This document shows positions 57,053 through 64,000 of a stretch of 64,000 nucleotides of DNA, in pieces. Position numbers and translations under genes: made by a program. Position 1 is the stretch's first letter, and every line of letters begins with the position of its first letter. This DNA comes from Candidatus Poseidoniales archaeon (GTDB taxonomy: Archaea; Thermoplasmatota; Poseidoniia; Poseidoniales; Poseidoniaceae), in assembly GCA_003602605.1 (NCBI GenBank), contig QQRW01000040.1, positions 19,283 through 83,282 of the forward strand, read 5' to 3'. The notes under the pieces were generated by a model. That model was not told the DNA's origin. It ran no database searches and worked only from the letters and a program-made list of their open reading frames with translations.

Positions 57053-58252
57053 ATGACTGAAGACATGAACCAAAAGAAGATTGAATTGACAAACTGTGAT
57101 GAATGCGCAAGCAAGAACCTTACACCCATGCCCGAGAAGGGTGAAACTTGGTGCGATGACTGTGGTCTTGTCCACAAGGATCAGAACATTTTGGCAAACG
57201 ACAACGGTGGCGCACTGTTTGGCGAAGGGGCACACTACCAAGCTGTCCGTCAGGATGCCGACCAGAATCAGAATCTCGGTGGCACCGGTCCAAAGATGCG
57301 CTTTGGTTCCAAAGGAGTGCACAATCCGAACAAGTACCGTTTGCTCGAGAAGATTGACCGTAGCAGTGTTCGTATCCCACACCCTTTCGCTAATCGCGTT
57401 AAGCGTAACATCGAGCAGTTGTATGGCCGTCACGCACTTCACATCCTCGAGTACATCGTAGAGATGTCCTGCAAACCACTCACTGGGACGCAAGAGCAGA
57501 TACGCAAGAAGCAGTCCAAGTCACTAAAGAAGAGACTGGGCATGCCAAAGCAATCAATTTGCCGTAAAGATAAGGGAATCAAAGGTTCCTCTGAGGAACA
57601 GAATGCAGTCATCATGGCTGCTGCTATTGTCGAGCTTGCTGGCGAGTTGGGCATCATGCCAAAATTTGACCGCCGTTCAACCATGGCCAAGGCCAATATT
57701 TCACCGAAGCAGATTAGTAGCGCTCGAATCCGTATTCTCCAACACTGGAAAGCACGCCTCACCATGAAGTGGGCTGAAATGCCACCGCGGAAGAACGCTA
57801 ACGACCGTCGCGAAGATTCCATTGCGCAAGCCATGGAACACGTATTCGAAATGCTCGGCGAGCACCTTTCCATTGATGAATTTGAGCGAGTCCTGTATGA
57901 GACCGAGACTCGCTTGGCCCTCCTCAATGAAGGTACAAGTGGCGCACTTACCATCAACATCGAACCCCGAATGGTCGTTTGCGTTACCGCTTACGCCAGT
58001 TTGAATTTCTTCGGACTGCAGTCTGGTGCTGCTGACTTGCTCGCAGATGTTTTCGGACTCACAAGCAGCGGTATTCGTTCCCGATATGACGCATTGGTAA
58101 AGCAGTCCGAGTCAGGAACCTTTCATGATGCCGGGGCTTTTGATGTCTCTAAACCATGCTACGACGCTGCATCAGACAAGCACGCACAGAATGCATTGAT
58201 ATCCAAGGTCCGATTGGGTAATGTATGCGGAAAGCGCTCTTCATTGCCCTGA
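57053..58252 (+). CDS. Divergent TFIIB/TFB-like transcription factor paralogue
   Basis: N-terminal TFIIB-type Zn ribbon CDEC-x18-CDDCGLV. Two cyclin-repeat-like segments each ending in an HTH-like stretch (AAAIVELAGELGI...ISPKQISSARIRIL and VCVTAYASLNFFGLQSGAADLLADVFGLTSSGIRSRYDAL). Confidence 0.6.
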   Translation: MTEDMNQKKIELTNCDECASKNLTPMPEKGETWCDDCGLVHKDQNILANDNGGALFGEGAHYQAVRQDADQNQNLGGTGPKMRFGSKGVHNPNKYRLLEKIDRSSVRIPHPFANRVKRNIEQLYGRHALHILEYIVEMSCKPLTGTQEQIRKKQSKSLKKRLGMPKQSICRKDKGIKGSSEEQNAVIMAAAIVELAGELGIMPKFDRRSTMAKANISPKQISSARIRILQHWKARLTMKWAEMPPRKNANDRREDSIAQAMEHVFEMLGEHLSIDEFERVLYETETRLALLNEGTSGALTINIEPRMVVCVTAYASLNFFGLQSGAADLLADVFGLTSSGIRSRYDALVKQSESGTFHDAGAFDVSKPCYDAASDKHAQNALISKVRLGNVCGKRSSLP

Positions 58253-59346
58253 TTGTTTTCTTCATGGCTTTTCTTCCTCAACCAACTACTGCCGCCCCTG
58301 CTGAACAAACCGAGGCTGGAATGTTGTTTGGAGGGCAATGGGCTCTAGCTGACGAGCCGGGTATCTCTTCAACCAACCTAGAGGAGCTACCGCCAGTGGT
58401 GGAAGTTTATACTGCCACTTGGTGTGGGAATTGTGTCGATGTCGAGCATGCCTTAGACGACATAGAAAACGACACGGGACTTCAACAATATCACATTCAC
58501 AGAGCAATCAATGAAATCCAGGACCCTCTGGGAAGTATCGAGATCGATCAACGCTTCATCGATCGCTATGGAACCATGGCTCCGCCTGCGGTCGTGTTTA
58601 ACGGAACGACCATCAAGGCAGGTAGCGTCCCGAATGATGCTGCATCTTTAGAAGACGAGTTCACGTTACTTTCTGACATTCATCTCACGCTTGTCGGCAA
58701 CTCGAGTTTTGCTTGGGTACCAAACGCAGAAGATGGTGGAATTGTTGCATGGTCCCTCAATATCGAAAACATGGCAGTTCCCAAAGGCAGTTCTATCGTT
58801 GCTCAGGCATGGGTTGTTGAGGAATCAGCACGGTTTGAAGACGGTTCAAACGGTCTCGAAAATTACCCTCATGTCGTACGAGGAATCATTGAACTGGGAA
58901 AGATGAACTCCAACGGTGAATCGGTCACAATGACAGGTAACAGCACGATATCTCTCCCTTCTGCATACGATGGTTCAGATTTATCAGTGCACCTCTTGTA
59001 TCAGCTCAATTATGCTACCGTCACAGAAGAAACTGAACAGCAATCGTGGCCGCTCGTCGAAGTTGTTGTGTTCCTTATTGTAGGAGTCGTGGGTGTTGTT
59101 TTCTTCTTGCGCAGCCGGAAACGGGACCAGACTGGAAAATCCGTCACTGAATTCCAAACGAATCCTGTTCATCCAGTGGCGACAGCGGTCCAGCAAGAAT
59201 ACCAACAGCCAGTTGCTCAACAACCTGTGACCGTTGCACAACCTGTCGTACTTCAACAATGGACCGACGATACAGGCTACACCTGGCGACGGATGGATGA
59301 CAATTCCTACTTCTGGTGGACTGGAAGCGAATGGAAGCGCAGATAA
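58225..59346 (+). CDS. Exported thioredoxin-fold protein with C-terminal TM anchor and Gln/Trp-rich cytoplasmic tail
   Basis: Signal peptide ALFIALIVFFMAFLPQPTTAAPA, VEVYTATWCGNCVDVEHAL (CxxC at nt 58423-58434), TM VVVFLIVGVVGVVFFL, tail QQWTDDTGYTWRRMDDNSYFWWTGSEWKRR. Overlaps the TFB-like gene by 28 nt. Confidence 0.6.
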   Translation: MRKALFIALIVFFMAFLPQPTTAAPAEQTEAGMLFGGQWALADEPGISSTNLEELPPVVEVYTATWCGNCVDVEHALDDIENDTGLQQYHIHRAINEIQDPLGSIEIDQRFIDRYGTMAPPAVVFNGTTIKAGSVPNDAASLEDEFTLLSDIHLTLVGNSSFAWVPNAEDGGIVAWSLNIENMAVPKGSSIVAQAWVVEESARFEDGSNGLENYPHVVRGIIELGKMNSNGESVTMTGNSTISLPSAYDGSDLSVHLLYQLNYATVTEETEQQSWPLVEVVVFLIVGVVGVVFFLRSRKRDQTGKSVTEFQTNPVHPVATAVQQEYQQPVAQQPVTVAQPVVLQQWTDDTGYTWRRMDDNSYFWWTGSEWKRR

Positions 59347-59397
59347 CAAACGTAAGCAATTTGGCTACTTTTCGTTCGTGAAGAGTTGCGTTTAGAA

Positions 59398-61758
59398 TTA
59401 ATTTGGGCGCTGAAGTCTGCGGTTGGAATCTCGAAGGTCTTGTTGCAGCCCCCAACGGAATTCAGTAATATGGTGGGGTGTTTGCACCACTTCACCAAAG
59501 TGCCAATGCCACGGTGATGAGTTTGGATTGCCAAGTGTCGATTGTGCCCTATCGAGGTGAAGTGCGAGGTCTCTACGCGCAGTCTGCTTGGCATGATCTC
59601 TTCGTATGAACACGATGCTCTGGTCATGAGTGCCTTGTTCAACAAAACCGAGGAGGGTCGCAAACCTCCTCAATATTCGACGTTCCTGCTGATTTCGTAC
59701 AGTCATTGCGAGGTGGCAGTGCTCAAAGGTAACATCTCCCCCATCCAACACTCCAAGCCTAAAGGTAGAGCCAATAGGGTGCTGCAACAAAGCGTCCCAA
59801 ATCCGAGGGAAGATTTCGCAGTAGCGCCGCTCACCGTTTCGTATGTCGCCAACAGGTAAATCCTCTACCAAAGTGATATGATGCTGCCTTTGCAGATGGA
59901 GTTGCGCCCAATTGTTCCTATCATGTCCGAAATGGTGAAGGTAATGATGGGGTTCAAAAATTTCCTCTGCAGAACCGTCCTTCAGAGACTCATGCCAGAG
60001 TTCAATGAACTGTGGGTGTGGCATTGCGGAATCAGCAGCCACTGCATGTTCAACCAAAACATCACAACGGTTTTTTCGGTTCGGAGCATTTCCATCCTGA
60101 TGCCATCTACGTCGTCGATTGAAGGCGACATTTCTATGGAATAAATGCATCATGTTTTGGTTTCGCCCACCTGCTTCAGTAGGCTGGTCTCGTGGCAACC
60201 ATCGAATGGAATCAGAGTGATTTTCCGTGATTTGCTTGAATTCTTGTACGGCAGAATCACGAAGGAAACGAATGTGTTTATCGTTCAAAGGAGATAAAAA
60301 TCCAAGCGGAGGCCTCAAAGCAATGTGTTCTCGTAAACTACCAATCTTACCTGAGGTTTTAACATCATCAACAAGCGAAAGGATGACGGATACGATTGTA
60401 TCGCCAAGTGGGACTGTCGAATGAAAGGTGCCGTGATGAATGCAAAGTGCTGTCGTACTCCTTGGCCCTAACGAATCAATTGCGCGTATGATAAACGGTG
60501 CTCCGTGCGCTCCTCTGCCAACTTTAACTTCGTAAAAATGGCCCAATCGACCGATGACCAGCATGCGCTCTTCATGGACAAAAACCCGATCGGAGTTACT
60601 GTCAATAACTTCTCGAAGAAATTGAATAGACCGACGTAGGGGCGCTGATATCTGGTGGGTTTCCTGCTTTGAATCGGTCCAATTGAACTGTAGAGCATAC
60701 AACAAGTCAGAGCCTGACGAGCGATGGGGCGAAAAGGCAAGCGATATCAAAAATGCCCAGACACCCGGTTCTTCTGGAATTGAAGTCTTACGTGATGCGT
60801 TGTTCTTTGCTCGAACCACGAACTTGAGTTTCCCTCCAACGATTTCGAACGGCCACGTGCGATTAGTGTTGAATCGTTGATATCGAGTGTATGCCAGCCA
60901 CCTTCGAGTCCAAGGGTAAATTGTAAGTTCCTCCAATCCAGTCGGATGATGGGTGAAGGCTTCTTTCAAATGGTTCTCAAATTTCGTTCCAATGGGCGTT
61001 GATAATCTCTGCCGAACATCGCGAGACCAAGCACCTAGCGGATTCATTGCAGAATGTTTAGGCGCCTCAAGTTGCTCTTCAGCCATCCATTCAACCCATG
61101 AAAGCATCGCTGAAGCAGTGGGTTTATCCAGAGAATCACGAATTCTGTTTGGCCCGATGAGGCGGCGGGGCACTCGACGAATTGGCAGTGTATCGATAGC
61201 TCCGGTCGTCATTGTTCCAATCGCAATCAACAGCTTCGACAAATCCCAGCCTAAACGATGTTTCTTCGAAGAGAGAAGATTGAGAATGGATACCATCGGC
61301 ACCGACGCAATCGTTGGTCTTCCATTGAGATACATACGGTCGGCAACAAACGAAACATGCGTACCATCGAAGAGATGAAAGCCTCTGTGCAATTGTACCC
61401 GTTGCTTTCTATTCAACCGAACACCATCGGATATTCTTTCGATGATACCGGCCATATCGTCTCCATCGCACGGAGAAACTAACACTGGATCAAGTGATTG
61501 ATCGGGTAGCTGAGCCCAACCTACATCTTCCGAGTCGGATACATTTTGCATCAAACACTTCCATCGTTGTTTTGCAGTTCGGCTCCCGCCGCCAATCAAT
61601 TGCAGCGCTTCAAAGTGAGTATCGTCGGGTATCTCACATGTCCATCTATTGTTGGTTTTAGAAACGATAATCGACTCACATAAAGGACACGGACTCAAAG
61701 TTGAAGGATGTTCACATACAGAGCAAAATGAGGTATGCTGTCGCCGAGCCATAGTCAT
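59398..61758 (-). CDS. Orphan 786-aa basic, His/Arg/Trp-rich protein with an N-terminal CxxC...CxxC zinc ribbon
   Basis: CSVCEHPSTLSPCPLCES at aa 12-27. No catalytic motif recognised. Long clean ORF in the only plausible frame. Confidence 0.5.
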   Translation of the reverse strand: MTMARRQHTSFCSVCEHPSTLSPCPLCESIIVSKTNNRWTCEIPDDTHFEALQLIGGGSRTAKQRWKCLMQNVSDSEDVGWAQLPDQSLDPVLVSPCDGDDMAGIIERISDGVRLNRKQRVQLHRGFHLFDGTHVSFVADRMYLNGRPTIASVPMVSILNLLSSKKHRLGWDLSKLLIAIGTMTTGAIDTLPIRRVPRRLIGPNRIRDSLDKPTASAMLSWVEWMAEEQLEAPKHSAMNPLGAWSRDVRQRLSTPIGTKFENHLKEAFTHHPTGLEELTIYPWTRRWLAYTRYQRFNTNRTWPFEIVGGKLKFVVRAKNNASRKTSIPEEPGVWAFLISLAFSPHRSSGSDLLYALQFNWTDSKQETHQISAPLRRSIQFLREVIDSNSDRVFVHEERMLVIGRLGHFYEVKVGRGAHGAPFIIRAIDSLGPRSTTALCIHHGTFHSTVPLGDTIVSVILSLVDDVKTSGKIGSLREHIALRPPLGFLSPLNDKHIRFLRDSAVQEFKQITENHSDSIRWLPRDQPTEAGGRNQNMMHLFHRNVAFNRRRRWHQDGNAPNRKNRCDVLVEHAVAADSAMPHPQFIELWHESLKDGSAEEIFEPHHYLHHFGHDRNNWAQLHLQRQHHITLVEDLPVGDIRNGERRYCEIFPRIWDALLQHPIGSTFRLGVLDGGDVTFEHCHLAMTVRNQQERRILRRFATLLGFVEQGTHDQSIVFIRRDHAKQTARRDLALHLDRAQSTLGNPNSSPWHWHFGEVVQTPHHITEFRWGLQQDLRDSNRRLQRPN

Positions 61759-61775
61759 TAGACTACCGAGTGTAT

Positions 61776-62828
61776 TTAACTCTCAAACGAGGAGAACGCC
61801 TCAATAATATGTTTGACATCCTCATCGGTAACATGTAAATGGACCACTATACGGCATACATTGGGTTTGACATCTAAGACGTCAATGTTCATTTGGCGGA
61901 GACCTTCCATGACTTCCAATGCTGGAATCTTCGACTCAAAATAAACCATATTTGTCTCGACTGTGTCCATTTTTACTTCGAAACCATCGAGTTGATTGAT
62001 GGCTTCGGCAATGGTTTTTGCGCGCCTGTGATCTTCGGATAAGCGGTCTACATGGTGTTCGATGGCATGCAAACAAGCGGCAGCAAGGAAGCCTGACTGA
62101 CGCATGCCGCCCCCGAACATCTTTCTCCATCGGTGAGCGCGAGCAATGAAAGATTGAGAGCCAACTAAAACCGACCCCACTGGGGCTCCAAGTCCCTTCG
62201 AAAAACAAATAGATACGGAATCGTAATCGCGCAGCATTCGGTTGAGAGGAGTATTGGTTGCTGCAACCGCATTGAAAATACGCGCACCGTCCATGTGAAT
62301 TGCGCAGTTGTTTGCTTTTGCGACCGCAGCAATCTCATCAAGCGTTTCCTGCTGATAGCAAGCGCCACCGCCTCTGTTTGATGTATTTTCAACACACACC
62401 AATGTACCATCGGGGAAATGAGAGAGAGAGCCTTCTTGCTTTCGAATTGCAAGTTGAACATCCTCTGGTCGCATCAAACCACCGTGAACATCGACCAGTG
62501 CAATCGACGCTCCACATAGTGCAGCATACCCGCCACCTTCATAGATGTAGATGTGGCTGTTTTTTGCCGTAATGATTTCATCACCTGGACTTGTATGGGC
62601 TCGAAGGGCAATAGCGTTTGACATTGTGCCTGATGGAACAAATAATCCAGCTTCTTTCCCACACATCTGAGCCATTTTCTGCTCCAACTGAGTCACGGTC
62701 GGGTCATCCCCCAAAACATCGTCTCCGACGATAGCCCCATTCATCGCTTCACGCATAAGCGGAGTTGGTTGAGTAACGGTATCTGAACGAAGGTCGATTC
62801 GGTCTGAGTTGTAGTCACGCATATCCAT
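61776..62828 (-). CDS. ltaE: Low-specificity L-threonine aldolase (PLP-dependent)
   Basis: IDLRSDTVTQPT..MREAM, GTMSNAIALRAH, HMDGARIFNA, ICFSKGLGAPVGS (PLP Lys context). Confidence 0.85.
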   Translation of the reverse strand: MDMRDYNSDRIDLRSDTVTQPTPLMREAMNGAIVGDDVLGDDPTVTQLEQKMAQMCGKEAGLFVPSGTMSNAIALRAHTSPGDEIITAKNSHIYIYEGGGYAALCGASIALVDVHGGLMRPEDVQLAIRKQEGSLSHFPDGTLVCVENTSNRGGGACYQQETLDEIAAVAKANNCAIHMDGARIFNAVAATNTPLNRMLRDYDSVSICFSKGLGAPVGSVLVGSQSFIARAHRWRKMFGGGMRQSGFLAAACLHAIEHHVDRLSEDHRRAKTIAEAINQLDGFEVKMDTVETNMVYFESKIPALEVMEGLRQMNIDVLDVKPNVCRIVVHLHVTDEDVKHIIEAFSSFES

Positions 62829-62865
62829 CGCAATGAGCCACTCCTCATGAAGGCGATGGAATTGT

Positions 62866-63282
62866 TTAGAGAAGTTTCAATTCACCGGTAATGCGTTCCA
62901 ACCGCTCATCAGTTTCCGGACCCAATGCAAGTACAGTAAGTGAGCCACTCGGAATTTGAGTATGGCCTGCATCATGGACAAGCGTTGTCAAAATACCAGC
63001 GGCTTTGGCCTGTTGCTCAAGCGCTAACAACTGATCCGCATCCGCGCCCTTCAAGCAGACTTTCTTTTGACCGGTTGCAAGCCATTGTTCAACAAAGAGA
63101 GGTTTGAGCGAGCCGCCCTTCATTGTAGCCATCACAGCACCATGACCAACTTGAGCGGCAATTTTTCCCTTACCCATTTTTAATCCGTGATTAACCACGC
63201 ACACCATTTTACAAGGGCCATCTGGAGACTGCCCGGTTGGTGATGGGGCTGTAAGACGATGTAAAAACGAACGCAGACCCAT
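62866..63282 (-). CDS. pth2: Peptidyl-tRNA hydrolase, archaeal/eukaryotic Pth2 type (canonical copy)
   Basis: LKMGKGKIAAQVGHGAV, GQKKVCLK, HDAGHTQIPSGSLTVLALGP, C-terminal ITGELKLL. 25-aa N-terminal extension if the ATG at 63282 is used (alternative ATG at 63207). Confidence 0.85.
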   Translation of the reverse strand: MGLRSFLHRLTAPSPTGQSPDGPCKMVCVVNHGLKMGKGKIAAQVGHGAVMATMKGGSLKPLFVEQWLATGQKKVCLKGADADQLLALEQQAKAAGILTTLVHDAGHTQIPSGSLTVLALGPETDERLERITGELKLL

Positions 63283-63290
63283 TTCATCAC

Positions 63291-63665
63291 CTAGTAGGGT
63301 TTCAAATCTGAAACCAGAGCATCAAGAGCTCGGCGTGGAGCAGGTCCAATTCCGAGTACTGTGATAGTGCCAGGCGGTACCTCTGTATGGCCTGCGTCTT
63401 TGACAAGTGTTGTAACGAGGCCGGCAGACTGTGCTTGGCCTGCTAAGCGCTGCAGTGTTCCAAGATCATCTGCACGCAGACAAATTTTTCTTGCCCCACC
63501 GCTCATCCACCGTTCGACAAGTCGAGCGTGAGATTTACGAGCATTTACTGTACATGTGACAGCTGCATGCGAGCATTGGACTGCGAGTTTACCCGCTGAC
63601 ATCTTGAGATCTTTGCGAGCAATGAGGACCATTGATGGATGCTCAGCCGTCGATACCATGGCCAT
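63291..63665 (-). CDS. Second, divergent Pth2-type peptidyl-tRNA hydrolase paralogue
   Basis: LKMSAGKLAVQCSHAAV, ARKICLR, KDAGHTEVPPGTITVLGIGP. Same fold signature with altered C-terminus (VSDLKPY). Confidence 0.75.
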   Translation of the reverse strand: MAMVSTAEHPSMVLIARKDLKMSAGKLAVQCSHAAVTCTVNARKSHARLVERWMSGGARKICLRADDLGTLQRLAGQAQSAGLVTTLVKDAGHTEVPPGTITVLGIGPAPRRALDALVSDLKPY

Positions 63666-64000
63666 TCACCACCGCAAACTCGATTTCTTCAAGCGTAGGT
63701 TGCTCCTCAAGTAGTCCAGAGAACCAACCGCCTAGCCACACAACAAAGACGAGGTTGCTCGCCATGTGGAGAAGGTCGAACGGTATACCGTGAACAAGGT
63801 ATGTGATGAAATCAGTAAACCCTATCGTGCCGTCAAGTATCGAGAATGAAACGATGAGATCAAACCAAACTGCTGCAGCAAGAGAGGCGAAAATAGCCTT
63901 CCGAAGGTCGAGCCCTGATGGAGTCATCAATGTGAGTTGTGAGCCGGCGACTGCAACGCTTGCCCAACCAGCTGCTTGGAAGACAGTCCACCATCCGTCA
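63643..64000 (-). CDS. Integral membrane protein, 5' end beyond window
   Basis: Hand translation upstream of the listed TTG at 63930 shows no stop up to 63999 (..DGWWTVFQAAGWASVAVAGSQLT..). Several hydrophobic helices. Confidence 0.5.
   Translation of the reverse strand, partial: DGWWTVFQAAGWASVAVAGSQLTLMTPSGLDLRKAIFASLAAAVWFDLIVSFSILDGTIGFTDFITYLVHGIPFDLLHMASNLVFVVWLGGWFSGLLEEQPTLEEIEFAVVNGHGIDG

Noticed and set aside
56672-57493. ORFs 56672-56992 (+), 56966-57493 (-) and 56989-57177 (-) in and around the addB/TFB-like intergenic region
   Set aside because: They overlap the starts of well-supported genes. They have odd hydrophobic or Cys-rich composition, with no RBS or TATA at a sensible distance. 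The region is treated as regulatory.
1-64000. CRISPR arrays, IS elements, integrases, toxin-antitoxin pairs, rRNA
   Set aside because: Scanning the ORF translations and intergenic DNA showed no regularly spaced direct repeats, no DDE/tyrosine-recombinase-like ORFs and no rRNA-like stretches. The only PIN domain is part of an 1133-aa protein with no antitoxin-sized neighbour.

Overview
Almost gap-free chromosomal segment with about 48 protein genes and one tRNA. I saw no rRNA, CRISPR array, transposase, integrase or obvious prophage. The information-processing genes are archaeal: RadA, FtsZ, a TFIIB/TFB-like protein, two Pth2 peptidyl-tRNA hydrolases, an AK6/Fap7-type kinase, a Ygr210/YchF-type GTPase and an initiator-like tRNA-Met. 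Interleaved are many bacterial-looking metabolic genes: MaeB-type malic enzyme, NADP-isocitrate dehydrogenase, PabC/PabB-PabA, PduO-type adenosyltransferase, RlmH, proline iminopeptidase and threonine aldolase. Two very large type-I anchored surface proteins (1085 and 2779 aa; FN3-like modules and beta-propeller repeats) dominate the window. This mix fits a planktonic marine euryarchaeote such as Marine Group II/Poseidoniales, but that placement is inference only. Best candidates for novelty: (1) a translationally coupled AddB-AddA-type helicase-nuclease operon (1257 + 1650 aa) in this archaeal context, with a Cys-bracketed 'iron-staple' RecB-type nuclease in both subunits; (2) an 1133-aa protein with an RGG box, a long helical body and a C-terminal PIN nuclease domain; (3) a polytopic membrane protein ending in two canonical EF-hands, with a small membrane partner; (4) a divergent TFB paralogue, an overlapping exported thioredoxin-like gene and a convergent 786-aa Zn-ribbon orphan next to the addBA promoter region; (5) tandem Pth2 paralogues; (6) a PabB-PabA fusion in the order opposite to the fusions I recall. 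All functional calls come from motifs read by eye in the supplied translations. No database search was possible.
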